Shown piece after piece: positions 1 to 9,182 of a DNA stretch of 64,000 nt. The translations under genes and the position numbers were made by a program. The number at the start of each line of letters is the position of its first letter. The first letter of the stretch is position 1. The stretch lies in IMG/VR virus record IMGVR_UViG_3300028563_000022, positions 277 to 64,276 of that record, one strand, 5' to 3'. The notes beneath the pieces were generated by a model. The model saw only the letters and a list, made by a program, of their open reading frames with translations. It was not told the origin of the DNA and did no database searches. The DNA comes from a virus. Taxonomy: Duplodnaviria; Caudoviricetes.

Positions 1-106
1 CGCGCTTTTTCCACCACTGTATTGCAAGATTCATAAATTCACCCGCGTATTTACATAAAAATCCCTGCTGTGGTATCAGCGTTCTGACCTTACCAGGAGA
101 TTTGCG

Positions 107-745
107 ATGCCGGATGCCATTGATTGGGGTAAAGCACTCAACAAACTCGCGCCTGATGCGCTTCCAGTGGTCCAAGCTGCGTACCCGTCGCTCCCAGCAC
201 TGTTTGAAAGCGCCCGGATCAACACCTCGATGCGCCAGATGTACTTTATTGCCCTGGCCCTGGAGGAAACTGGCGGGTTTGTCACGTTAGACGAGAATCT
301 ACACTACAGCGCCAAGGGCCTTCTGGCCACTTTCCCCAAATACTTCACCGCAGCCCAGGCTACGACCTACGCCAACAACCAGGAGGCCATAGCCAACCGG
401 GTATACGCGGGCCGAATGGGCAACACGTCACCCGGGGATGGCTGGAAGTACCATGGCCGCGGGCCTTTCCAGCTCACTGGCCGTGCCAATTACGCTCAAC
501 TCGGGAAACTCTGCCAGCTACCCCTGGAGGTCCAGCCCGAGCTCGTCAACGCCACCCGATATCTCTTCGTGGTGGCTGCCCAGTATTGGAACATGCGCAA
601 TCTATCGGTTTTTGCCGACACAGATGACCTCATCTCCTTCACCATAGCGGTCAATGGCGGCCAGATTGGCCTGGATGCCAGGAAAGTCTGGCTAGACAAG
701 ACCAAGGCGGTGGTAAATGCGCAACTGGCTCCAGCACAGGCTTAA
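107..745 (+). CDS. Endolysin, glycoside hydrolase family 19 (chitinase-like)
   Basis: ETGGF..LDENLHYS and DGWKYHGRGPFQLTGRANY motifs typical of phage GH19 lysins; AGGAGA RBS upstream. Confidence 0.9.
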   Translation: MPDAIDWGKALNKLAPDALPVVQAAYPSLPALFESARINTSMRQMYFIALALEETGGFVTLDENLHYSAKGLLATFPKYFTAAQATTYANNQEAIANRVYAGRMGNTSPGDGWKYHGRGPFQLTGRANYAQLGKLCQLPLEVQPELVNATRYLFVVAAQYWNMRNLSVFADTDDLISFTIAVNGGQIGLDARKVWLDKTKAVVNAQLAPAQA

Positions 746-865
746 CGCCGCCCATATCTACTGTCGTTTACGGGGCTGCGGCCTGCCTCGCGGGTGTTCG
801 CTGTTCCTGGCCGCGCTGTTTGGAAAGATCACGGATCGAGGAATTTACTACCGGAGGAAGACACC

Positions 866-1147
866 ATGAAGCCTTGGTACTCAAGCCCCACTCTATTGGG
901 GGCGCTTTCAAACATCGTCCCCATCCTGGCCGTGCTCTTTCAGCACCAGATTGCGCAGTATGGGCTCACTGACACGGTGAACCAGCTCGTGCTGATGACC
1001 CTGACCGGCGGCGCGGGTGCCGTCTACCATGGCCATGCCATGAATGGGGTGGCCGTGCAGCAGCTCACTGCCACTCAGACCGCGTTGGCTTGCCCGGCTA
1101 CATCTGAGGTGGGGCCTACCAGCGCACCTACCGGGGGTGCATCATGA
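866..1147 (+). CDS. Small membrane protein, holin-like
   Basis: MKPWYSSPTLLGAL N-terminus with two hydrophobic segments, directly after the lysin; GGAGG RBS before ATG 866. Confidence 0.55.
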   Translation: MKPWYSSPTLLGALSNIVPILAVLFQHQIAQYGLTDTVNQLVLMTLTGGAGAVYHGHAMNGVAVQQLTATQTALACPATSEVGPTSAPTGGAS

Positions 1148-1989
1148 ATTTTGACCTTCAAGGTGCCATCAACGCCGACACCGTTGGCCGAGTTACCATC
1201 CCCGGCAACGCTGACCTCCAGGACATCGGGGCCGTGACCATTCCCAAGCCCATGATCGTTGAGGGCAATGGCCCCTGGACCACGAAGCTCCGGGGCACGA
1301 TCACTGCGCCGGATGGCACGGGCGTCATTCTCCAGAACTTCCGCCTGGAGTCTTCCGTGGCCGGTGAGACTGGCATCACCATGGGCACCGAAGCGGTGTC
1401 CGTGAAGCCCAAGCTCTCGAACTTGGTGCTGGCCAACTTCGACACCCCCTTGGATATCCAGGGTGCGTGCGCCGCGCAGATCGAGAATGTCTATTTCGTG
1501 GACTACACGCTGAAAGGCATGAAGCTCGCCAACAAGTTCAATGGGGACCAGGGCGACAACAAGGTCGTGGACTGCGAGTTCTCCACCAGTATCCCCACAG
1601 CCGAAGCCGGCATCTTTCAGACTTCGAGCGGGGGCCTGACCATCTCGGGAAACAAGTTCCTGGGTGGCCAGCGCGCCTATGATGGCCAGTTCGACTGCGA
1701 GACCTCCGATCTGACCTTCACAGGAAACTCCTTTGAGAACCTGACCGAGGGCGCAGTTCGCGTGCTACCGGCCGAGGGCTGCCGCTTCGCCAACTTCACC
1801 ATGTCTCCCAACCAGATGGCTGGTGCCTTCAATGGTGTTGACCTCACCAACGTGGATAACGTGGCCATGACCGCGAACATCTTCAATCTCCCTCCAGGCC
1901 ACACCGCCATGAAACTCCGTGGATGCACTTGCCTCCATATCCTCAATAACCCCATCCCCAGTGGTGTAACCGCCCTGGACAACCAGTGA
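1144..1989 (+). CDS. Right-handed beta-helix (pectin lyase-like) protein
   Basis: Repeated I/L-x-N/G-N-x-F beta-helix rungs (LTISGNKF, LTFTGNSF, VAMTANIF). Confidence 0.65.
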   Translation: MNFDLQGAINADTVGRVTIPGNADLQDIGAVTIPKPMIVEGNGPWTTKLRGTITAPDGTGVILQNFRLESSVAGETGITMGTEAVSVKPKLSNLVLANFDTPLDIQGACAAQIENVYFVDYTLKGMKLANKFNGDQGDNKVVDCEFSTSIPTAEAGIFQTSSGGLTISGNKFLGGQRAYDGQFDCETSDLTFTGNSFENLTEGAVRVLPAEGCRFANFTMSPNQMAGAFNGVDLTNVDNVAMTANIFNLPPGHTAMKLRGCTCLHILNNPIPSGVTALDNQ

Positions 1990-1997
1990 GGCCTTCC

Positions 1998-2306
1998 ATG
2001 CGTAATGCCCTCAAGTCCATTCTGTTTCTCGTGTGCTTCTGGTCCCTGTTCGCCGCCCTCGGTTGTGGCGTGTCCAAGACCAACACCTCGGCCCAGAATC
2101 AGCAGGCCGTGGCCACGGACATCGCCCAGACCATGGCTGCTGCCGCTGGCGTTCTGACCGCCATTGCCAACACTCCGCTGCCCCCTGGCGTTGCTGGCAC
2201 TCCGACTGCCGAGGCCATTGAAGGCTGGGCCAAGTTTGGCGCTGCACTGGCTCCTGCATTGTCGTCGGCAGCGGGTGCCACTGCAAACCCTACCTCGGCT
2301 CAGTAG
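1998..2306 (+). CDS. Lipoprotein (spanin-like position in lysis cassette)
   Basis: Signal peptide ending in lipobox ALGC; Ala/Pro-rich mature part. Confidence 0.55.
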   Translation: MRNALKSILFLVCFWSLFAALGCGVSKTNTSAQNQQAVATDIAQTMAAAAGVLTAIANTPLPPGVAGTPTAEAIEGWAKFGAALAPALSSAAGATANPTSAQ

Positions 2307-2481
2307 CCCTCACGCTCCCGGCTAATGGGCGAATGATAATCTACGAGGGGAAACGGCTCAGCATGATGCTTACGACCTTGCCAGACAACGGGACGAGCAA
2401 GACCTTGTGGCAATACAAGCCACTCGGTCTTGCCGTCCACACCCCCTCTTTCGCCATGCTGGTCTTGGGCTGGAGCTTCTG

Positions 2482-3003
2482 ATGCCCGAACTCATCACAT
2501 ACGAGGCCCTCCGGCCTACGCTCACGACAGGTGACATTGTGACCTGGCTTGGTGCGGACATGCTGTCTCGCGCCATTGAGCACTACCGGCCGGGGGGCTC
2601 ACACACCAGTATGGTGGTGGTGGAGCATGGCCACGTTTTCCTGGTCGAGGCTCTGGCGCATGGCCCGAGCTTGCGTCTCGCCTCAGCCCGTTTCAGTAAC
2701 TACAACGGGGACATTTTCATTCACAGGATACCCACGACCCCCTCGCAGGAAGAGTGCTTGGCCACGAATGCGCTGGTCTTTGTCGGGGAAGACCCGGGGT
2801 ATGGGTTCCTGACTCTCTTCAAGCTAGCCTGGGGGAAAGTCCGCAACGTGATGACCACGCCGGTATGCTCTCAGACTGCCGCGTATTTTCTGGCCGAGCA
2901 AGGCCTGATTCCCCCGCAGTGCAATGTTGTCTCACCCGGGGAACTGGCCGCGCTACTTCCGGCGCCCGTGCGGCTCGCACCTTACACCCAAATGGCGGAC
3001 TGA
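2482..3003 (+). CDS. Permuted papain-like NlpC/P60 (YiiX/YebB-like) protein
   Basis: GDIV...SH-x-x-MV...VEA...Y...CS order with His before Cys. Confidence 0.65.
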   Translation: MPELITYEALRPTLTTGDIVTWLGADMLSRAIEHYRPGGSHTSMVVVEHGHVFLVEALAHGPSLRLASARFSNYNGDIFIHRIPTTPSQEECLATNALVFVGEDPGYGFLTLFKLAWGKVRNVMTTPVCSQTAAYFLAEQGLIPPQCNVVSPGELAALLPAPVRLAPYTQMAD

Positions 3004-3006
3004 AAA

Positions 3007-3288
3007 ATGAACCCTGATGACTTCAGCCCCGAAGCAAAGTCTCTTCTTGGCGCGGCCACCCTGGCGGTCCTCGGCGGAACCGTCAGGGCTCTCCGAACCC
3101 CTCAATGCACAACCCGGCAACTCGCCATCGAGTTCGTCACCAGCATGTTCGCGGGCGTCATTGCTTGGCTGATTATGCGTGGCTGGGGGATGTCTGACTA
3201 CTCGCTTGTCGCCCTGGTGGGCGCCTCCGGGTATGTCGCGCCCCGCGTCCTGGACATCATCAGCAAGAAAGCCTGCAACCTGCTCTAG
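3007..3288 (+). CDS. Phage holin-family membrane protein
   Basis: Three hydrophobic helices, LGG.VR and GASGY motifs, basic C-terminus. Confidence 0.7.
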   Translation: MNPDDFSPEAKSLLGAATLAVLGGTVRALRTPQCTTRQLAIEFVTSMFAGVIAWLIMRGWGMSDYSLVALVGASGYVAPRVLDIISKKACNLL

Positions 3289-3302
3289 GAAGGAGACGCG
3301 CA

Positions 3303-3719
3303 ATGAGCCCTATCTCCTGGATCATGTCACTCCCGTTGTTCCTACTCTGCACGGTAGTTGGCATTTGCGCGCTCCGCGCGCACCGGGCCGCCCAAGACAT
3401 CATGGTAGGACACCCAAAGTCCGCTGGTCGTCTTGGCAACTTTTCCCAGCTCTCATTCATGCTGTCCATGGGTGGCATCCTGGCCCAGGCGTTGTGGGCT
3501 CTCTCGCAGGACTCCAACTACCAGCCCAACCTGGCGGATGTTGTTTCAGTCCTGTGGGGTATCCTGGTTTTCATCTGCCTACTGGTCTGGAACATAACCG
3601 TTTTTGAGACGGCCAAAGACAAACTTGTACCAACGAGGCCTTGCCGACCGTGCCCCTGGCGCGGGGAAGGCGAGGCCCACCTCCTTCCGGCTGGCTGCTG
3701 TAACAAGTCTGGAAAATAG
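3303..3719 (+). CDS. Membrane protein of unknown function
   Basis: Three predicted TM segments; AGGAG RBS. Confidence 0.55.
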   Translation: MSPISWIMSLPLFLLCTVVGICALRAHRAAQDIMVGHPKSAGRLGNFSQLSFMLSMGGILAQALWALSQDSNYQPNLADVVSVLWGILVFICLLVWNITVFETAKDKLVPTRPCRPCPWRGEGEAHLLPAGCCNKSGK

Positions 3720-3720
3720 A

Positions 3721-4107
3721 ATGCCTCCTCGCGCCCTCCGACCCTGCAAAGGCCCCGGCTGCCGGACCACCACACGAGACAGTTCCGGGTACTGCGACGT
3801 GTGCCGCCCGGCGGCCGAGGCCAAGCAGGCGGCTGTCGAGGCTAGCCTCGAGCAGCGCAGAGGGAGTTCCTCCAAGCGGGGCTACGGGTACGCTTGGCGT
3901 GACATCCGGGAACGGGTGCTGCGGCAGCACGGAGGCCTCTGCCTCGATTGCAAAAAAGAGAAAATGTTCATTCTCGCGGTTGAGGTCCATCACATAGATG
4001 GGGACTCAGCCAATAATGATTTTTTAAACCTCGCTCCCCTGTGCCGGGCACATCATGATCTTCGTCACGGTGTCCTCAAGGGCCGCAGGAAAGCGATCAG
4101 GAGTTGA
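3721..4107 (+). CDS. Packaging-associated HNH endonuclease
   Basis: RPC..PGC N-terminus, SSKRGYG..W, CxxC, VHHID...N...NL..LC..HH; immediately upstream of terminase small subunit. Confidence 0.9.
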   Translation: MPPRALRPCKGPGCRTTTRDSSGYCDVCRPAAEAKQAAVEASLEQRRGSSSKRGYGYAWRDIRERVLRQHGGLCLDCKKEKMFILAVEVHHIDGDSANNDFLNLAPLCRAHHDLRHGVLKGRRKAIRS

Positions 4108-4109
4108 CC

Positions 4110-4625
4110 ATGGCTGGCCGTAAAACACTTCCCACTGAGCTCAAGTTGGCCAAGGGCACCTTGCGCAAAGGCCGGACAAACCCGGCCGAGCCGAAGGCTA
4201 TCTCTGAGGAACTGCTTCTCACTTGGCAGGCCGATCCGGACGTGCAGGAATGGTTCGAGCGGTTCAAGAATTATCTGCGGGGGGAAGGGCGGTTGTCCAA
4301 ATCCCACGAGGTCGTGATCTGGCAGGCCGCCCGGCGCGCCGCGGAGATCAGAGCACTCGACGCGGATATCCTGGCGAACGGCCGCACTTACTGGACCGGC
4401 GAGCAGGTAAAGCCCGACCAGGCCGAGGCCAAAAAGCCCGACTCCCTGCTGCGGGGCCTGCTCAAGGCCAACCCCGCCGTGGCCCAGAAGAACGAGGCCG
4501 AGCGGCATCTCCATGGATTGCTTTCTGAGCTGGGGCTGACCCCGGCCAGCAAGAGCAAGGTGGCCTCGGCCATATCCGGGAAGGTTCCCGAAGCCTGGGC
4601 TGGGTTCGAGTCGGTGGGGGTTTAG
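4110..4625 (+). CDS. terS: Terminase small subunit (P27 family)
   Basis: MAGRK..PT.LK..KG N-terminus; KANPAV...ELGLTPAS motif. Confidence 0.9.
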   Translation: MAGRKTLPTELKLAKGTLRKGRTNPAEPKAISEELLLTWQADPDVQEWFERFKNYLRGEGRLSKSHEVVIWQAARRAAEIRALDADILANGRTYWTGEQVKPDQAEAKKPDSLLRGLLKANPAVAQKNEAERHLHGLLSELGLTPASKSKVASAISGKVPEAWAGFESVGV

Positions 4626-4628
4626 CCA

Positions 4629-4799
4629 ATGGCGGTTCTGCATATACGCTGTGGGTTCTCCTGGTGGGTGCCAGTGTATTTGAACACCATAGTATTTTTC
4701 TCCTGGCTCACGGGAATGCAACCCAACATGGACAAGGTGGCTTCCTGGGTACTCAAGGGCCTCCGGCTCAGAGTCATAGGGGGAGGGGGTTCTAAATGA
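4629..4799 (+). CDS. Small hypothetical phage protein (56 aa, not in supplied ORF track)
   Basis: ATG 4629 to TGA 4799 (MAVLHIRCGFSWWVPVYL...); starts 3 nt after terS stop and overlaps next ORF by ATGA. Confidence 0.55.
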   Translation: MAVLHIRCGFSWWVPVYLNTIVFFSWLTGMQPNMDKVASWVLKGLRLRVIGGGGSK

Positions 4800-5002
4800 G
4801 CCAAGGAGCGGTCTACAGCCCCATGCGCGGTGCGGCCCGATGCCCCGAATGCAAGAAATGGGCGAAGCGATTCCGCACAATGCCCTGGGACACCGAGAAG
4901 GGAACATGCCTTCGACACCATAAGTGCCCAGGGTGTGGACACACATTTAAGACCATCCAGGAAGACGCTACTTTCTCCTCAGAGAACCAACCGACTGTCT
5001 AG
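4796..5002 (+). CDS. Small zinc-ribbon protein
   Basis: CPEC...CPGCGHTFKT; ATGA coupling with the upstream ORF. Confidence 0.55.
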   Translation: MSQGAVYSPMRGAARCPECKKWAKRFRTMPWDTEKGTCLRHHKCPGCGHTFKTIQEDATFSSENQPTV

Positions 5003-5034
5003 TGTCTGGTTAAACCAGTATTTATCCAGCAATC

Positions 5035-6816
5035 ATGACCACGGCCGCCAAGACACCTCGGGCGAAGAAAGCTCCTTCCACCCCTCCGGTGTCTTCGGCC
5101 ACGTCCACCAAACTTGCCGAAGTTCCCGTCACCTTCTCCGCTACACTCGCTGCCTACGTTGCCGCCGTCACCTCCGGCCAGATAGCCGCTTGCAAGTGGG
5201 TTCGCCTCGCTTGCAAGCGGCATCTGCGCGACCTGGAGCGCGCCAAGACAGATTCGTTCCCCTACAGGTTTGAGCCATCATTGGTAGAGCGGGTGTGCAA
5301 GTTCGCCACGAACATGCGTCACACCAAAGGCAAATGGAGTGGTCAGAAGATCACCCTGGAGCCTTGGCAGGTTTTTATCCTTGGCTGCATCTTCGGTTGG
5401 GTGAAGAAGAAAGATGGGATGCGCCGGTTCCGCGAAGTGCTGGCGGTGATTCCGCGGAAGAACGGCAAGTCTCTGCTCGCGGCCATCATCGGGCATTATA
5501 TGCTGAATGCGGATGGGGAAATGGGGGCCGAGGTTTACTCCGGCGCCACTTCCCTTGACCAGGCGATGGAGGTTTTCCGGCCCGCCTGGCTCATGGTGGA
5601 CAACGACCCGGCCTTCAAAAGACATTTTGGTCTGGACCTCGGCGGCACGAGTAAGAACCCCGGCCCAATCTACCGGCTCTCGGATGGCAGCCGCTTCGCC
5701 CCGGTGATTGGAAAGCCGGGCGACGGCGCGAGTCCTTCCTGCGGCATCGTTGACGAATACCACGAACATAAATCCCCCGACCTCCGCGACACGCTTGTGA
5801 CAGGTATGGGCGCTCGGGCCCAGCCGTTGCTCCTGACGGTGACCACTGCCGGCGTTGATATTTCCGTTCCTTGCTATGCCGACCAGAAAGACCTGGAGAA
5901 GGTGCTTGAAGGCACCCTGGAGAAGGAAACTCTCTTCGGAATAATTTTCTCAAGTGACGAGGAGGACGATTGGACGGATTTTAACTGCTGGGTCAAGGCA
6001 AATCCAAATTTTGGTATCTCTATATTTGAAGACTTCCTGCGTGACCGCCACCAGGAGGCCATGACCACCCCGGCCCGCAAGAACGTCTTGCTCACCAAGC
6101 ACCTTAACCAGTGGCAGAATGCCGGCTGTGCTTGGATGGACATGATTAAGTGGGCCGGATGTGAGGACAAGTCCCTCGATATCTCCCAGTTCGCCGGCCA
6201 GGACTGCTGGCTCGGGATGGACCTGGCCAACCGCATCGACATTGCCGCCCTGCGCATCATTTTCAGACACAAAGAAGGCTTCGCTGGTTTTGGCTTCTAT
6301 TATCTCCCCGAAGACACCATCCAGCGCAAAGAGAACAGTCATTACCAGGGCTGGCTCGCGCAAGACTGGATCACGCAGACTGACGGGGCTGTGACTGACT
6401 TCGGCCGAATCAAGCAGGACATCAAAACCCTCTGCGAGAAGTTCAATGTCCGCGAACTCGCTTATGACCCCAAGGAAGCCAACTACTTCGTGCTCGACCT
6501 CCAGGGTGAACCTTGGGCCATGTTTGATTGCGTGGAGATGAACCAGGGGCCAGCACTCATGAGTGAGCCGATGAAGGCCTACGAGGGCCATGTATACGCC
6601 AAAACGTACACCCACAATGGCGACCCGGTTCAAACCTGGATGATGTCCAACGTGGTCAAGAAGCAGGGCCGCGGCGGGGGCCCGATCAAGACCTACTACC
6701 CCACCAAGGAACGCAATGAAGCCAAGATCGACGGCCCCGTGGCCGAGATCATGGCCTTGAGTCGCGCCATCGTGGCCCAGCCCCTAGCCAACCCCGAACT
6801 TTTCCTGGACTGGTAA
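5035..6816 (+). CDS. terL: Terminase large subunit
   Basis: Walker A IPRKNGKS, Walker B IVDEYH, TTAG coupling motif, GMDLA and KIDG nuclease motifs. Confidence 0.97.
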   Translation: MTTAAKTPRAKKAPSTPPVSSATSTKLAEVPVTFSATLAAYVAAVTSGQIAACKWVRLACKRHLRDLERAKTDSFPYRFEPSLVERVCKFATNMRHTKGKWSGQKITLEPWQVFILGCIFGWVKKKDGMRRFREVLAVIPRKNGKSLLAAIIGHYMLNADGEMGAEVYSGATSLDQAMEVFRPAWLMVDNDPAFKRHFGLDLGGTSKNPGPIYRLSDGSRFAPVIGKPGDGASPSCGIVDEYHEHKSPDLRDTLVTGMGARAQPLLLTVTTAGVDISVPCYADQKDLEKVLEGTLEKETLFGIIFSSDEEDDWTDFNCWVKANPNFGISIFEDFLRDRHQEAMTTPARKNVLLTKHLNQWQNAGCAWMDMIKWAGCEDKSLDISQFAGQDCWLGMDLANRIDIAALRIIFRHKEGFAGFGFYYLPEDTIQRKENSHYQGWLAQDWITQTDGAVTDFGRIKQDIKTLCEKFNVRELAYDPKEANYFVLDLQGEPWAMFDCVEMNQGPALMSEPMKAYEGHVYAKTYTHNGDPVQTWMMSNVVKKQGRGGGPIKTYYPTKERNEAKIDGPVAEIMALSRAIVAQPLANPELFLDW

Positions 6817-6817
6817 A

Positions 6818-8185
6818 ATGAAACTCTGGCCCTTCAAGAGCAAAGAGACGAGCGCGCCGGTCAGTAACCAGCTCGGGGCGCTCCTCGACACCTACGAACT
6901 CCAAACAGAACTCAGTTCTGTGCGCAAGGAACTCGACCAGGCCAAGATGCAGAATCTTGGTGACAGCTTCTCCATGACCGACTCCAGCCGGTGGGCTGAA
7001 ATGTTGGGAGGGGGGATGCACTCAGCAGGCCAGGTGGTCAACCACATCACGGCCCTGCGGTCCTCGGCCGTCTTCTCCTGCGTGCGGCTCATCTCATCCG
7101 CCATCTGCTGCGCCCCGGTGAAGGTCTACCAGCGCCAGGGTGATCTGCGGGTGCTCAATTCTGGCCATCCCTGCGCCGAGATGCTGCGGCTCACCCCCAA
7201 CAGATTCATGTCGGCGGCCACGTTTTGGAAGATGTTCATGCACGACAAGCTGCTGATGGGTAATGCCTACGCGCATATCATCCGCAACCCCAGAACTGGG
7301 AAACCCCTGGCGCTGATGCCAGTGAAAGCCTGGATGGTGCAGGTCTACTTTGCCTGGGAACTGGGGTTTGACCGGCTGCCCGGGGTTGACAAAAACGAAC
7401 TCTTCTATGGGTGCATGTTTGATGATGGGAATTACAAAATATATGGCCAGAAGGACATGATCCATGTCCCGAACCTCGGCTGGAATGGTCGCGGGGGCAT
7501 CTCCACCCTTCAGGCCATGGCCCAGGCAGTTGGTGTGGCCCTGGGTGCGGATCACTCCACAGCCTCCTTCTTCGCCAATGGCCTCCAGACTGCAAACGCC
7601 ATCTCATTCCCCCAGACCCTCGACAAGGATGCCTTGGACCGCCTGAAACATCACCTTGAAGAGAAGTACACCGGGGCGAAGAACCACCATAAGCCCCTCA
7701 TCCTTTTTGGTGATGCCAAGATAAGTCCCATGGCCATGACGGCGGCCGACGCGCAGCTCCTTGAGTCCAGGAAGTTCAGCGTCATCGACATTTGCCGGTT
7801 CTTCGGCGTGCATCCCGTCATGGTGGGGGAAAACGAGAAGACCAGTTCTTTCGGCGGTGGTGTGGAGCAGATGGGGCGGTGGTTCAATACTCTGACCCTG
7901 AACGAGCACTTCACCTCCATCGAGCAGGAACTTGAACTCAAGCTATTCGGGTCCGATGGCAACTTTGCGGAGTTCGACGAAACGGCGATCACCCGAGGCG
8001 ACCTTCAGGCCCGGGCCGACTACTACAAGGCTGCCCTTGGCTCGATTCAGCAGCCTGGCTGGATGTCCCCGAACGAGGTTCGCACGGAAGAGGGCCAGGC
8101 GCCAAAGGCCGGGGCGGGAAACGATGATCTTTTCAAGCCGGTAACCACCGCGCCAGACGCGCAGCCGGCACAGGGGGGAGAGTAA
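6818..8185 (+). CDS. Portal protein (HK97 family)
   Basis: AVFSCVRLIS, GNAY, DAQLLESRKFS..DICRFFGV.P, MSPNEVR motifs. Confidence 0.95.
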   Translation: MKLWPFKSKETSAPVSNQLGALLDTYELQTELSSVRKELDQAKMQNLGDSFSMTDSSRWAEMLGGGMHSAGQVVNHITALRSSAVFSCVRLISSAICCAPVKVYQRQGDLRVLNSGHPCAEMLRLTPNRFMSAATFWKMFMHDKLLMGNAYAHIIRNPRTGKPLALMPVKAWMVQVYFAWELGFDRLPGVDKNELFYGCMFDDGNYKIYGQKDMIHVPNLGWNGRGGISTLQAMAQAVGVALGADHSTASFFANGLQTANAISFPQTLDKDALDRLKHHLEEKYTGAKNHHKPLILFGDAKISPMAMTAADAQLLESRKFSVIDICRFFGVHPVMVGENEKTSSFGGGVEQMGRWFNTLTLNEHFTSIEQELELKLFGSDGNFAEFDETAITRGDLQARADYYKAALGSIQQPGWMSPNEVRTEEGQAPKAGAGNDDLFKPVTTAPDAQPAQGGE

Positions 8186-9171
8186 TGAAAAACCGGCTGA
8201 TGCGACTTTTACGCGACAATGCCAACGCGAAGGCCCGTATGCCTCTCGCTGTCATGAAGACGGAGGCCGCACCCGATGTAGCACCCGAGGCCACGCTCTA
8301 CCTTTATGACGTGATCGTTGATGATCCGTTTTGGGGTGGTGTCGGAGCCGAGGACTTCGTTATGGCTTTGGCCGAGGCCTCCATATCCGCTGACACCATT
8401 CATCTGCGCATCAACTGCCCCGGTGGAGATGTGTTCGCGGCCAGGGCCATGGAAGCCGCCGTGCGCGGATGCTCGAAGAAGGTTGTGGCCCATGTTGATG
8501 GCTATGCAGCCTCGGCCGCCTCTTACTTGGCCCTGGCCTGTGATGAAGTGGAGATTGCACCCGGTGCGTTCTTCATGATCCACAAAGCCTGGACCCTGGC
8601 CATGGGCAACTGTGATGACTTGGCCGCTACCTCGGCCCTCCTGGCCAAGATCGACACTACCTTGGTGAAGTCCTACGTCGCGGAGACCGGCCAGACCCCG
8701 AAGGCCATCAAAGACATGATGGCCGCCGAGACCTGGATGACCGCCGAAGAGGCAGTCGCCCTGGGCTTCGCCGACCGGATCATGGAAGATGCACCCAAGG
8801 ATAAGGCCAGCGCGAAGGCCACTTGGAACCTGGCTGCCTACCAGAACGCCCCGGTCACGACTCCTAGTCCTGAAGAAGAGGACGAACCGGAAGACCCGGC
8901 TGAGACTCCACTCATCGACCCCGAAGAGGTTCCCGCGCCTGACCCGGATGACCCGGCCAACTGCGGTGGCGACCCCGAAGACTGCGGTGATCCCAAGGAT
9001 GGCAAGAAACCAAAAGACGTTCTCCATGGAGAACCAGACCCCTGTACTTCCGATGCCAATGTCGGGTTAAACCCAACACAGGAATACGGCGACGAGTATT
9101 TTCAAAACCTTAACCGCCAACTCCGCATGAGGGGCGTATCCGGCGATAAGCGGAAGTCCGCACGCCAGTAG
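8185..9171 (+). CDS. ClpP-like head maturation protease
   Basis: RINCPGGDVF, DGYAASAAS, FMIH, ETWMTAEEAVALGFAD; acidic Pro-rich C-terminal tail. Confidence 0.93.
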   Translation: MKNRLMRLLRDNANAKARMPLAVMKTEAAPDVAPEATLYLYDVIVDDPFWGGVGAEDFVMALAEASISADTIHLRINCPGGDVFAARAMEAAVRGCSKKVVAHVDGYAASAASYLALACDEVEIAPGAFFMIHKAWTLAMGNCDDLAATSALLAKIDTTLVKSYVAETGQTPKAIKDMMAAETWMTAEEAVALGFADRIMEDAPKDKASAKATWNLAAYQNAPVTTPSPEEEDEPEDPAETPLIDPEEVPAPDPDDPANCGGDPEDCGDPKDGKKPKDVLHGEPDPCTSDANVGLNPTQEYGDEYFQNLNRQLRMRGVSGDKRKSARQ

Positions 9172-9182
9172 GAGAAGGAACT

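Noticed and set aside
4777-4796. cos site-like G-rich sequence
   Set aside because: Lies within the 4629-4799 ORF and serves as RBS for the next gene; genome ends cannot be determined from this window
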